Shown here: piece by piece, positions 44,822-53,706 of the stretch
Layout: each line of letters starts with the position of its first letter
How positions within the stretch are numbered: position 1 is the first letter of the stretch
Virus record (IMG/VR): IMGVR_UViG_3300012971_000006
Span: 1 to 53,706 of that record
Length of the DNA: 53,706 nt
Strand: one strand, 5' to 3'
Source of the DNA: a virus
Taxonomy: Duplodnaviria; Caudoviricetes
Notes under the pieces: generated by a model
Told to the model about the DNA's origin: nothing
The model's database searches: none
The model's input: only the letters and a program-made list of their open reading frames with translations
Made by a program: the position numbers and the translations under genes

Positions 44822-45840
44822 AGCACTTGAGCTTTGAAGCTGGCGTTAGGACGGTAAGGAACGATCAGCGGCGCGGATTGCAGCAGCAGGAAACGCACGC
44901 TGGGATCTTCCTCGGTCCACGACTTGGAGAAATACGGCAGAGCTTGCAGCCCGGCCTGCTCGTCGCGGATTGCGCCGTATGCCTGCACGCCCTCGATGGC
45001 CGCTGAGCACAGCACGACCGACGCCGCCGGAAAGATTGGCTTTTCGCTGCCGTCTGCCGGGTCGACGTACCAGCCCGCATAAACGAAAACATTGAACGTG
45101 TCGATAACGCCCATGAACACGCCGCCCTCGACGACCTGCGCGTCTTGCGTCATCGTCGGCATGGTCTGATACACGCGTTGCAGGCCCAGCCGGTCTTTCA
45201 CGTTCTGGTGATTGCGGAATACTTTCCAGACATCCACGCCCATGATGACGTCGGTCGCCATGATGCCCGTGGCTTGCAGCATGATCTGCGCCCAGTCCTG
45301 CAAGTTGTCGAGCGGCATGGCCGTCCCGACTGACCAGAGCGGCGCAGCGACGATGGTATTGCCTGCCGCGCGGCCAAAGTCGAGAATGGCTTGCGGGTAT
45401 TTGTCGCCGACGATAGTTTCCTTGCCGGTGACCAATACTTCAGCCGCCATTACTTCGAGCCGCCGCCGCAGCATGTTGAGCTGGTCGAGCGTGTCGGCTG
45501 CGATCATCGCCGCTAGCCGCGCGCTGGGGCTGAGCGTGCCGCCGATCTGCTCGCCCGGGCTGCGTTTCAGCGGGCGATTCATATCGAAAACCCTTTTGTC
45601 TTTTATGTACGCGGGTTTGTAAGTGTTGGTCTTGAAGCCCGGCGACGCGACGATCTGGCCCTCGACCAGCGGCGACACAAAGGGCGATATGCGGCGCTTG
45701 CCATCCATCACGTCGAAGTGAATCTCTTCCGAGGTTTCGGTTTGCGTCGTGCCGAAATACCGGTCCAAGATCCATTGCGGGTTGCCCGCCAGATAAGGTA
45801 CGACCCGATTCAGCGTGTCTGTCGAAAATAGGTCTGCCAC
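44818..45840 (-). CDS. Major capsid protein, lambda gpE family (340 aa)
   Basis: GTG 45840 with AAGGAG RBS; SPFVSPLVEG...YKPAYIKDK...RRLEVMAA...DPSVRFLLLQSAPL. Confidence 0.95.
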   Translation of the reverse strand: MADLFSTDTLNRVVPYLAGNPQWILDRYFGTTQTETSEEIHFDVMDGKRRISPFVSPLVEGQIVASPGFKTNTYKPAYIKDKRVFDMNRPLKRSPGEQIGGTLSPSARLAAMIAADTLDQLNMLRRRLEVMAAEVLVTGKETIVGDKYPQAILDFGRAAGNTIVAAPLWSVGTAMPLDNLQDWAQIMLQATGIMATDVIMGVDVWKVFRNHQNVKDRLGLQRVYQTMPTMTQDAQVVEGGVFMGVIDTFNVFVYAGWYVDPADGSEKPIFPAASVVLCSAAIEGVQAYGAIRDEQAGLQALPYFSKSWTEEDPSVRFLLLQSAPLIVPYRPNASFKAQVL

Positions 45841-45936
45841 TCTCAATCTCCTTTTTGGCAGGTCGGAACTATTGACGGTTTGCCGCCCGCCGGTCGTCGC
45901 CCATAACACCCGGCGGGCAGCGTAAATTTCGCGTGC

Positions 45937-46641
45937 TTACTTGTGCGTCGGCTTGTGCGTCGGCAGCGTCGCCGGGCCGCTGTGCTGCTGCGTCGTCGCG
46001 GTCGCGCCCGTTTCCGTCGGCTTCGGCGGCGGCGTGTCGGCGGCTTCGAGCAGCGCCGGATTTTTCTCCCGTTCCTCGGCTGTCATGTATGCCCAAGCGC
46101 TGTCGCTCGGCTTCGGTTTATCGGGGTCGTCGCTCTTCCCGGCTGCGGCTTTCGCGGCTTCCTCGGCTTCGGCTTTCTGGTCGGCGCGCGCTTTGTCGAG
46201 CTTTTTCTGCGCCTCGGCGGCTTCGGCCTCGGTCGTCGCCGACCGCACCAGCGTGCCGTCGGTGAATACGACGCTTTGGAGGAAGATGCCGTAATCGCGC
46301 AGCGCGTCGGTCACCAGCCCATGATTGAGCACGCCGGGCCACAGCACAGCCGCAGCGCTGAATATGCCAGCGGTGTATACGAGGCCGGTCGCAGCTGCGG
46401 TGCAGTCGATGTCGTCGACGACGATTGCGTTCGCGTCGGTCGCCGCCGCTGGCATCGTAACGGCCTTGGTATCGGGCGCCCATTTGACGATCTGGCCGCG
46501 TTTGAGCAGGTTGCTATTGATGCCCGCCGCGACGGTGCACGGCTGCGACACGACGTCGTCGCCGGTCGCGAGCAGCGGCAGCGCGCCGGGAAATGCGACC
46601 GACGAAAAACTGGCTTTTGCTACGGGTTGATAAGTCGCCAT
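45937..46641 (-). CDS. Head decoration protein (gpD-like) with C-terminal extension
   Basis: LKRGQIV...AIVVDDID...VYTAGIF..AAVLWP...ALRDYGIFL. Confidence 0.85.
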   Translation of the reverse strand: MATYQPVAKASFSSVAFPGALPLLATGDDVVSQPCTVAAGINSNLLKRGQIVKWAPDTKAVTMPAAATDANAIVVDDIDCTAAATGLVYTAGIFSAAAVLWPGVLNHGLVTDALRDYGIFLQSVVFTDGTLVRSATTEAEAAEAQKKLDKARADQKAEAEEAAKAAAGKSDDPDKPKPSDSAWAYMTAEEREKNPALLEAADTPPPKPTETGATATTQQHSGPATLPTHKPTHK

Positions 46642-46675
46642 TGTTTATTTGCTCCCTTCCTGTTTTTGCGCCAGA

Positions 46676-47086
46676 TTAGCTGGCGACTTTCCTCCGGTTG
46701 GCCGCTGGAACGAAAGCCAGAATCTTTGCGGCTTGCGCTTGCGGCGAATCATCCTCTTCCGGGTTGCCCGCGCCGACTTTCGGATTCGGTACTTGCTCCA
46801 TGGCGGCGGCGAGCGGATTGCGCGCGGGCGGCGGCGCGGCTGTGGCCACGGGCGCGGCTGCGAGAATGTTGCGCGCGATGTCGACCGGGTTATCGGTTTC
46901 GAGCGCGAGCATACGGGCGAGGCCCTCGCGGCCCTGCGCTTCGGGCAGCGCGAGGATTGCCGCGATGCGTTGCCGCTCTGCGCCCGGTGCTGGCGTTGCC
47001 GTTACTGCGGGCGTTGCCGGTGTTGCCGTACTTGCCGCCGGTGCTGCCGTTGCCGCAGGTGCGGCGGCTGGTGTCGGATCTTGCAT
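46676..47086 (-). CDS. Nested scaffolding protein (Nu3-like, 136 aa)
   Basis: In-frame ATG 47086 with AAGGAG RBS; AERQRIAAILALPEAQGREGLARMLA motif. Confidence 0.75.
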   Translation of the reverse strand: MQDPTPAAAPAATAAPAASTATPATPAVTATPAPGAERQRIAAILALPEAQGREGLARMLALETDNPVDIARNILAAAPVATAAPPPARNPLAAAMEQVPNPKVGAGNPEEDDSPQAQAAKILAFVPAANRRKVAS

Positions 47087-47983
47087 AGTCGTCGTCTCCT
47101 TTTGTGAATTAGCGATCAAGACGCGCGGCGCATTAGCCGCCGCTAGGCGCGTCACCAGCGGCTCTTCACTCAAAATCTCATCCGCCATTCCGGCGGCGAC
47201 CGCATCGGATGCGATCAGCATTTTTCCCTGCCCGAAGTTAGCCGCGACGGTGTCGACCGTCGTCGAGCGAAACGCCGCTATCTGGTCGAGCATCACGGCT
47301 TCGAGCGAGTCGACCAACTCCTGAATCTGCGACCGCCCGGCCTCGGTCGCGACGTCGGGCCGCTTGTTCGGCGCGCGGCTCGACACAATCTCGTAGCGCT
47401 TGACCCCTTGCCGTTCCTGCGCGGCGCGGTTATCGGTCACCGACGCGACGACGCCGACCGAACCTAACCGGCTGGTGAGCGAGGCCACGATGCGCGGCGC
47501 GGCAGCGGCCAGCCAGTAAGCCGCAGAGCCCGCGTCGCCGTCGACGTAAGCCGTGACGGGCTTTTTTGTGGAGCCCTCGCGGATGATATGGGCGAGCTGC
47601 TCGACACCGTCGATTTGCCCGCCGGGCGAGTCGATGCGCAGCAGGATCTGTTCAATGGCCCGCGAGTCGAGGGCTTTCTGAAAATCCTGCGTGAGCATCT
47701 CGATGGAAGTCGCCGCCGAGATGGAGCTGAACACCGGCGCATAGCGGTAAATCGGGCCGTTGATGTCGAGGATTGCGACCGGGCCGCGCACCTCGACGCC
47801 GTTGCCCGCATTGTCGAGCGGCCTGCCGATGCGCGTCGCGACGGCTTCGAGATGCTCGGCGTCATTGCGACCGGCGAGCGCGTTCGCGACGCACTCTTCG
47901 ATGTATTCGAGCGTCTCGGCCTTGATAGCCCACGGGTGCGCGCGAATCTCGCCGATTACGCGCAGCAGGTTAGAACGCGCCAT
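46676..47983 (-). CDS. S49 capsid maturation protease (gpC-like)
   Basis: LRIDSPGG, AGSAAYWLA, GSVGV motifs. Confidence 0.93.
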   Translation of the reverse strand: MARSNLLRVIGEIRAHPWAIKAETLEYIEECVANALAGRNDAEHLEAVATRIGRPLDNAGNGVEVRGPVAILDINGPIYRYAPVFSSISAATSIEMLTQDFQKALDSRAIEQILLRIDSPGGQIDGVEQLAHIIREGSTKKPVTAYVDGDAGSAAYWLAAAAPRIVASLTSRLGSVGVVASVTDNRAAQERQGVKRYEIVSSRAPNKRPDVATEAGRSQIQELVDSLEAVMLDQIAAFRSTTVDTVAANFGQGKMLIASDAVAAGMADEILSEEPLVTRLAAANAPRVLIANSQKETTTMQDPTPAAAPAATAAPAASTATPATPAVTATPAPGAERQRIAAILALPEAQGREGLARMLALETDNPVDIARNILAAAPVATAAPPPARNPLAAAMEQVPNPKVGAGNPEEDDSPQAQAAKILAFVPAANRRKVAS

Positions 47984-47984
47984 C

Positions 47985-49685
47985 TTATGCGGCCTCCTTT
48001 TGCTGCTGTTGCTGTGAGGGCGGCGGCTCTTCGGCAGGATCTGCGCCGGGCGTCTCGCCTCGCGGCGCGGATGGCTTGAGCGGCTCGGGCGGCGTGAGCC
48101 CCAGCTCTTTCATGCGATCCATTTCGAGCTTGCGTTGGTCGAGCACGTCGTAATAGTCGAGGCCCTGCTCGGCGCACTCGATTTCGAGCGTCGATATCAT
48201 CGTGTCCATGCGGACCTGCGACGCCTCGGCTTCCTTCACCGGGTCGATGACGCCGCGCCCGGGCCCGATCCATTTGGCGTCGAGATAGAACGGCATGTTG
48301 TCGTAAAAATCCGGTGCATCGATCAGGCCCGCGTTTACCGCTTCCTCAAACCACAGCTGGTACACCGGCTGCGCCCAGTAGGTCGCGAGCCAGACCCGCC
48401 GGTTCATGAAGCCGCGCCATGCTTCATTGAGAGCAGCGCGCGCGCTGCTGTAATTGGTCTTGCTGAAGTCTTTGAGCACCAGCTCGTAGGGCAGGCCCAG
48501 AGCCGCGCCGATCTGCCGCAGCACCGTCTCACAAAACGCGCCGAATTGCGACGCGGGCCGGGTCGGCGTGAACGGCGTCAATTTGTCGCCCGGGTAAATC
48601 GGGAAAAAAGTGCCGCCCTCGACGTCGATGCGCGCTTGACTCTTGTTCTCGTAATACTTGGCCGCGCTGGCCGCGTCGCCGCCCATCATTTCGTAAATCG
48701 AGGCCGGGTCCATGGGCGTTTCAATGACGCCCGCGACTAATGAATTGGCGATTGAAGTTTGCAGCTCGGTGCGCTGGTACGCGTCGAGTAGCCGAAACTG
48801 CTCGATGACGGGCGTCAGCACCGGCTTGCCGCGCGTCTGGTCGACACGATCCTGCTGGTAGATATGCAGCACGCGCCGCCGCCCGAATGGCGTCTCGGCT
48901 GGGATGCGCTCCCACTCCGACATCAGATTGAGCGCGAGATTGCCCATCAGGCCATACGGCCCGAAAGCCAGCGGCAGCACGCCGGACGTCGTGAGCAGCC
49001 GCTGAATGTAATATGCCGTCGGCTTGCCGTAATCATCCATCTCGACGCCGCCGCGCAGCTTCAGCGACGACGGTGTAAAGTGCGGATTGCTCAGCCGGTC
49101 GGTGTCGACCAATTGCAGACACGTGCGGAACGGCGTGCCGCTGCGCTCCATCCACAGCGGCAGCGCGAGGGCCTCGCCGTTTTCGAGGCACGACCGAAAG
49201 ACCAGCTGCGTAAGCCCGTTGAAAGTGAGCTTGCCGGTCACGTCGCACGCCGTCGTGCCCGCCCACGTGCGCCATAAGCTCTCAACCTCGCGGCTCCATT
49301 CCTGCGCCCACTCGATGGTCTGGCCCAACATCTGGTAATTCGGCGAGCAGGCCAGCCGCAGCCCGACCCCGACCGTGTTGTCGATGACGGTCTGCATGCA
49401 CCCGGCGGCGACGCCGTTGTTACGGTCGAGGTCGCGCGCGCGGGCGACCAGCATCGGATAATCGGGCAGCAGGTCGACGTCGGCGGGCGACCGTTGCGGA
49501 GTCCAGTTGGCGAGCTGCTTGCGCGTGAGCGACGCCCCGGCATACGCGGAGTCGCGATACGACCCGCACCCGGCCCCATAGCGAACCCCCTCCGAACGGG
49601 GTCGGAAAGAATCCGCTATGCGAGCGCGGATGCGTCCCATGATTCCTTGCGGCTGTGGCGCGGTCGCCGGTGTTTTCATGGGCAC
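47985..49685 (-). CDS. Portal protein, lambda gpB family
   Basis: ARARDLDRNNG, GVEMDDYGKPTAYY, QTRGKP, DFSKTNYSSARAAL, IDPVKEAEA. Confidence 0.96.
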   Translation of the reverse strand: MPMKTPATAPQPQGIMGRIRARIADSFRPRSEGVRYGAGCGSYRDSAYAGASLTRKQLANWTPQRSPADVDLLPDYPMLVARARDLDRNNGVAAGCMQTVIDNTVGVGLRLACSPNYQMLGQTIEWAQEWSREVESLWRTWAGTTACDVTGKLTFNGLTQLVFRSCLENGEALALPLWMERSGTPFRTCLQLVDTDRLSNPHFTPSSLKLRGGVEMDDYGKPTAYYIQRLLTTSGVLPLAFGPYGLMGNLALNLMSEWERIPAETPFGRRRVLHIYQQDRVDQTRGKPVLTPVIEQFRLLDAYQRTELQTSIANSLVAGVIETPMDPASIYEMMGGDAASAAKYYENKSQARIDVEGGTFFPIYPGDKLTPFTPTRPASQFGAFCETVLRQIGAALGLPYELVLKDFSKTNYSSARAALNEAWRGFMNRRVWLATYWAQPVYQLWFEEAVNAGLIDAPDFYDNMPFYLDAKWIGPGRGVIDPVKEAEASQVRMDTMISTLEIECAEQGLDYYDVLDQRKLEMDRMKELGLTPPEPLKPSAPRGETPGADPAEEPPPSQQQQQKEAA

Positions 49686-49945
49686 GCCTCAATCGAGATT
49701 GGCCGACGCCGCAGCATGCTCGCGGTCGAGGTCGCGCCGCAGTCGGCGGCGCATTGCGCGGCCAGCCGGTCGATAAGTTTTTGCAGCTCTGCCGGGTCGG
49801 TCTTGGCGTATTCGACGCGGCCCAGACCGGGCGTCTCAATGGCGGCGACCATCTGGCCGCTCTGATATAGCGCGAGCTGCTGCTTGGCGAGGGCCAGCTG
49901 CTGGCAGCTGAGCGGCAGCGCGGTCGAGCTTCTATTGCAGGCCAT
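49676..49945 (-). CDS. Head completion protein (gpW-like)
   Basis: L.SG..VA.I...GRVEY...D.AELQK.I..L...RRRPI; immediately upstream of portal. Confidence 0.75.
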   Translation of the reverse strand: MACNRSSTALPLSCQQLALAKQQLALYQSGQMVAAIETPGLGRVEYAKTDPAELQKLIDRLAAQCAADCGATSTASMLRRRPISIEACP

Positions 49946-50309
49946 CTTTGCTCCCGTTGCGCGCCGCGACCGGCGCGAGCTTCAATTCGTCGACGACCTT
50001 GATCAGCCAGCCAGCGTCGAGCACGCGAATAGGCCGCGTGCCCTCGATGACTGCGACCAGCGCGGCGGCTTCCTCGTTTTCCAGCTCGACGATTTTGTCG
50101 CCGTAGCCCTTTTCGGGCAGCAGCCACTGAACGTTGCCGCCCGCCTCGCCAGCGCGAAACTCGGTGTCGATGCTTTCCTGGTCGGTAATCCGCACTTTGT
50201 CGATGACGCGCAGCAGCACCGACGCTTCCTTCAATCCCTGCGCCGGGTGCGCGCCGATCATGTTCCAAACGATGACGCGCTGATAGAAATTGAGAAAGAC
50301 GGGTTGCAT
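49932..50309 (-). CDS. Putative fibre partner protein, similar to 25149-25508
   Basis: Shared pattern V.L...QR....N..G / K.R....E / V.L...E...L / WL......L. Confidence 0.75.
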   Translation of the reverse strand: MQPVFLNFYQRVIVWNMIGAHPAQGLKEASVLLRVIDKVRITDQESIDTEFRAGEAGGNVQWLLPEKGYGDKIVELENEEAAALVAVIEGTRPIRVLDAGWLIKVVDELKLAPVAARNGSKDGLQ

Positions 50310-50310
50310 G

Positions 50311-50598
50311 TCAGATCAGCTTGTTAATTACGGCCTCGACCGCCGACTGCAAACCGGCGTCGTCGATATCCGCACCCGCCGTCTGTACTGCCGGGTCCAT
50401 TACGACGGGCGGCTGGAGCTGCACGGCGATTGCGTCGGGCTGCTGATACATGGTCTGCGCCCAGCGCATGCGCGCATTGTGTGCGGTCACGGTCGGCTCT
50501 TCGTTCATGATCGTGGTCGCAAATTTGAGGGCGGCAACTTTCACGCGACCGCGAAAAGTGACGTCCGTCATCAGTGCCGAAGATTCGGTGTAATCCAT
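50311..50598 (-). CDS. Small virion-associated hypothetical protein (95 aa)
   Basis: ATG 50598 with AGGAG RBS; follows fibre gene. Confidence 0.8.
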   Translation of the reverse strand: MDYTESSALMTDVTFRGRVKVAALKFATTIMNEEPTVTAHNARMRWAQTMYQQPDAIAVQLQPPVVMDPAVQTAGADIDDAGLQSAVEAVINKLI

Positions 50599-50605
50599 AA
50601 CTCTC

Positions 50606-53236
50606 CTATGGCGCAAATTTCACGCGGTTACCGTCGGTCGTGTCATACCAGAGCTTTTTACTTCCGGCCCCCGGGTTAGTCGAGGGCAGGCCGGGCAGGC
50701 GCACGCCCGCGCTAAAGTTGACGTCGCCGGTCACATCGAGCGGATAGTTTGGGGCTGAGTTGCCGACGCCAACGTTGCCGCCCGCCGGGTTCAGCGCGAG
50801 CAGTTTCTGCACGCTGCCGGTGCGGTCGTATGCGATGAGATAGCCGTAATTCGATGCGGCCACATAGCCCATTTCGATACCTGCGCCGCCGGTCGGCGCG
50901 CTTGAACCTATGCTGCGAATCGTGCCCGATGAATCGATCACACACTTAGGCGCATTCATGCCGACGCCGAGGCCCAAGCTGGTCACGCTGAACATTACCG
51001 TCGCGAGCGCGACGTTATAGAAATGCAAATCGGTGCCGCCGGTCGCCAGCAAATCCGCTCCCAAGATCCACATGTCGGTAGCGTTTTTGCCGCCGTACAA
51101 ACGCACGCCCACGGCATTGTGACCGGCGTCTGTGCCGCGCAGCCGCATCTGATTGCCGCCGGAACCCTGCACCTCCAGCGTCTGCACCGCAGAGGCCGCA
51201 GCCAGCGAGCCGAACATACCCGTAGTGGTGGCGCGGAACGAACCGGTAACGTCTAACTGGGTCGAAGGCCCAGAATTGTTAATGCCGACCAGCCCAGCCG
51301 ATGTAATCCACATGCGGCCCCTGGCAAAGGTATCGGCGGCGGCGCGCGTGCTGAAAATCAAAAGGCCGGTGCTTGCCGAACCGTCGCAGGCGCTGTAAAT
51401 TTTGGCCAGTACGTAGTCCGTTGATTGCGATTGACCGGTCGCGGCGAAGTTGCAAAAATCGATCTCGCCCAATTGCTGGTTAGTGAGGTTGCGGTTCGTG
51501 ACCAGACACAACGTGCCCCAAGCGGACGTTCCCGAAAAATTGAAACCGATAATTGCGCGCGGGCCGGTCCCGGGCGTCCCCAGGATTGAACAATCGTTGC
51601 CTATGCCCACATACCCGGTCGTTTTCAGATTGAAGTTGTTTGCGTCAATGGCCTGTAACCATGGCGTCTGCGCCAGCGGAATCAGCGGACTGCCATTGAC
51701 CTTGTAAGCTCCCTTGATATCGACGTTGCCGGTCGCGTCTAACTTGAACGCTTGCAGGAAAGTCGTATCTGGTCTGAACATCAGCACGCCGCCGATATCA
51801 TTCATCCACCAATGCAGCGCGGGCGCGCTTTGTCCGTCGTATAACTCAATCGCGGCGGGCTTCACTAGGGAGCTGGCATTCAGCGTCGGGACGGATATCT
51901 GACCGGAAAATGAAGCATTCGCGCCGATGACCCACGTACTGGAATTCAGCTGACTGAGGTTGATGGTTGTCACGTTGTTGATGCCGTGGCTTGCTGCGTC
52001 GATGTCCTGCAACCATGGCGACTGGTAAGAGCCAACGCTCGGCGCACCGGTGACCTTGCCCCAATCGAGCGAGGTAATCCAAGTCGGGTTCGCATAGCTC
52101 TGCGTCTTATCGACCGCGTTAGTCACTTGCGCCGCGCTGTAATCGCCCGGCTGCGCGACGACCGCGCCGCTGCGCCCGAATACGGTCGATACCGCGCCGC
52201 CGACCGACAGCGGTACACCGTTCACGAAGTAGGTTCCGGTGATATTGCAGTCGCCAGCGATGTCGAGCGTAAAGGCCGGTGAGTCGGTCAGGATGCCGAC
52301 GTTGCCCGTATTGCCGTCCATGCCAACGAAGGTCTGCCAGTCTGAATTACGCTGAAACTTCAGCACGCCGCCCGATGTGCCGATGCCCCACATGAAAGAA
52401 ATGCCGGGGTCGGTGACATATATCCAAGACGTGTCGACGTTGCCGTAATACCACTGCGCGTATACGCCAGCCGCGCCCAAAAGGTTGTGACCTGCCGCGT
52501 CGATGTCGCTCTGCCATGGGGTCTGACCCGCGCCGCCCGCCGATATCGGCACGCCGTTGATTTTGTACTGGCCGCTGATGTCGATGTTGCCGGAACCGTC
52601 AACCGAAAACAGCGTGTCCCAGGTATCGGTGCGGCGCAATGTCAGCAGGCCGCTCTGATTATTGAAAACGTAACTCATGGCTGTGGTGTCCGGGTCAGAG
52701 AGCCACAAGCCGTTGAGATTCGTAAGGTCGAAGTGACCTGCATCGATATCAGTGAGCCACGGCGATTGGTTCTGACCGGTCGCGAGCGGCGCGCCGTTGA
52801 CGCGGTACTCGCCCGTGATGTTCAGATTTCCGCTGGCGTCGAGCGTCATCACCGTGTGGTGAATGTTCGGCTCGGTGAATTCGATAGACCCGTTGACGTT
52901 CTGCGCGCACCATGGCACGGCCCCGGGATTCAGCGCGTCAGTGAAGTAATACTGCGCCAGCTCGGCGCTGCCGTAGAGCGTGCCCTTGATCGTCTGAATG
53001 TTGTTCAGACTGAAGCCCGCCGCATCGGTGTCTTGTGTCCATGGCGTTTGCGCGCCAGTCGGGCCGGGCGGGCCTGCTGGCCCTTGTGGACCCGGCGGGC
53101 CGGGCACCGGGATCATATCGGCGAGCTTGGCGTTGAGCTGCGGCATTTGGAGCGTGGCTGTAAACTGCTGCGACTGGTCGAGCGTCGCATGCAGCTCCTG
53201 GTCGGGCGAATTAGCGAGCTTTGCTGGCCGCGCCAT
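50606..53236 (-). CDS. 876-aa fibre protein with short collagen stretch and repeated modules
   Basis: GPPGPQGPAGPPGPTG; five Q[TS]PW..D.DA repeats; GN..I.G.Y..NG.P repeats; VSTVFGRSGAV motif; GNVGI...P...LDV shaft repeats. Confidence 0.88.
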   Translation of the reverse strand: MARPAKLANSPDQELHATLDQSQQFTATLQMPQLNAKLADMIPVPGPPGPQGPAGPPGPTGAQTPWTQDTDAAGFSLNNIQTIKGTLYGSAELAQYYFTDALNPGAVPWCAQNVNGSIEFTEPNIHHTVMTLDASGNLNITGEYRVNGAPLATGQNQSPWLTDIDAGHFDLTNLNGLWLSDPDTTAMSYVFNNQSGLLTLRRTDTWDTLFSVDGSGNIDISGQYKINGVPISAGGAGQTPWQSDIDAAGHNLLGAAGVYAQWYYGNVDTSWIYVTDPGISFMWGIGTSGGVLKFQRNSDWQTFVGMDGNTGNVGILTDSPAFTLDIAGDCNITGTYFVNGVPLSVGGAVSTVFGRSGAVVAQPGDYSAAQVTNAVDKTQSYANPTWITSLDWGKVTGAPSVGSYQSPWLQDIDAASHGINNVTTINLSQLNSSTWVIGANASFSGQISVPTLNASSLVKPAAIELYDGQSAPALHWWMNDIGGVLMFRPDTTFLQAFKLDATGNVDIKGAYKVNGSPLIPLAQTPWLQAIDANNFNLKTTGYVGIGNDCSILGTPGTGPRAIIGFNFSGTSAWGTLCLVTNRNLTNQQLGEIDFCNFAATGQSQSTDYVLAKIYSACDGSASTGLLIFSTRAAADTFARGRMWITSAGLVGINNSGPSTQLDVTGSFRATTTGMFGSLAAASAVQTLEVQGSGGNQMRLRGTDAGHNAVGVRLYGGKNATDMWILGADLLATGGTDLHFYNVALATVMFSVTSLGLGVGMNAPKCVIDSSGTIRSIGSSAPTGGAGIEMGYVAASNYGYLIAYDRTGSVQKLLALNPAGGNVGVGNSAPNYPLDVTGDVNFSAGVRLPGLPSTNPGAGSKKLWYDTTDGNRVKFAP

Positions 53237-53570
53237 TGGTAGTTTCCCGGGTTACTTCCTGAATCACTCGCACGTTACCGGCGAGCACCGTCGTTACAGT
53301 CCCGTCGGGCGACGTTAATTCGAGGTCCCAAACGTACTGCTGACACATGTCGACCGTGACAGCTTTGGGCACGTTCAATGTGACGTAGGGCGAGCCGACG
53401 GTCGCGAGCATCTCGATCACTTCAGTCGAGCTGTCGGCGACGTCGTCGCGAATCTGCGCTTTCGCCGCATAGCCGGTGATTACCTGATCGGGCGGCAGCG
53501 CGCCGGTCACAGTCACCCGCGCGTTGTAATCGTCGCCTTGATAGATCACTAAGTCGGCCCGGTCTGGCAT
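53211..53570 (-). CDS. Small beta-sandwich fibre-attachment-like protein (BppU/LtfC-like)
   Basis: DLVIYQGDDY...ITGY.AKAQIR...YVWDLELTSPDG.V.T.LAG.V.V..EVT pattern. Confidence 0.72.
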   Translation of the reverse strand: MPDRADLVIYQGDDYNARVTVTGALPPDQVITGYAAKAQIRDDVADSSTEVIEMLATVGSPYVTLNVPKAVTVDMCQQYVWDLELTSPDGTVTTVLAGNVRVIQEVTRETTNGAASKAR

Positions 53571-53572
53571 CG

Positions 53573-53706
53573 TTACTCCAAAAAATCCTGCCGCGCGCGG
53601 ATAGGTCGGAATACCGGCGGCGTCATTGCTGGCCGCTCGACCGGCGCGGGCGTCGCCTCGCGTCGCGGCGCGGGTGCGCCACTCGTTAGCGCGGCTTCCA
53701 TCTCAT
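53573..53706 (-). CDS. terL: 3' end of terL (overlap copy; ...ARQDFLE*)
   Basis: In-frame continuation of 1918->1; TAA at 53573-53575. Confidence 0.93.
   Translation of the reverse strand, partial: EMEAALTSGAPAPRREATPAPVERPAMTPPVFRPIRARQDFLE
53584..53706. repeat. 123-bp terminal overlap, copy 2
   Basis: Identical to 1-123. Confidence 0.97.

Noticed and set aside
45884-45918. Hairpin GCCCGCCGG...CCGGCGGGC between decoration and capsid genes as a terminator
   Set aside because: No T-tract on the coding strand; at most an mRNA stability or processing element.
43-53318. Plus-strand ORFs in the track (e.g. 8491-9636, 28970-30112, 34419-35621, 41838-43202)
   Set aside because: Antisense shadows of GC-rich minus-strand genes; Arg/Ala-rich, no RBS or motifs.
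53584-53706. 123-bp repeat as a physical direct terminal repeat
   Set aside because: It falls inside terL and the phage has gpA/cos features; it is an assembly overlap.
1-53706. tRNA, rRNA, IS or intron elements
   Set aside because: No cloverleaf, transposase or intron-like interruption recognised by eye; tRNAscan/Infernal not run.

Overview
The window is a complete, circularly assembled genome (53,583 bp unique; bases 1-123 are repeated at 53584-53706 inside the terminase gene) of a GC-rich, lambda-like temperate siphovirus. Every credible gene lies on the minus strand. In transcription order: a lambda-type cos region (~3650-3693), a Pro/Gly-rich repeat gene, terS, gpA-type terL (missed by the ORF track because it crosses the origin), a 4-gene fibre cassette, then lambda-order W-portal-S49 protease/nested scaffold-decoration-MCP-neck-tail tube-G/GT chaperone (-1 frameshift)-tape measure-tail tip, a 2360-aa beta-helix/fibre protein and its partner. 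An AT-rich control region with a near-consensus sigma70 promoter precedes an early region (YqaJ exonuclease, RecT-like annealase, ParB-N protein, NDT/DUF4406-like protein, a PEP-CTERM surface protein, many Cys-rich microproteins), a large serine integrase, VRR-NUC, an HTH replication initiator with a candidate origin, and ~25 small accessory genes. Main points of interest: a 50-bp attP-like inverted repeat inside the 3' end of the integrase ORF in a genome with no divergent cI-like repressor; three apparently leaderless promoters (one driving the integrase) sharing a TAGGACWT box; a phage-borne PEP-CTERM protein; two fibre genes each followed by apparently paralogous partner proteins; no recognisable endolysin; and apparent avoidance of CTGCAG/CTCGAG. 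Host is inferred, not shown, to be a diderm PEP-CTERM-using bacterium such as an acidobacterium. All family assignments come from motif recognition by eye, not database searches.
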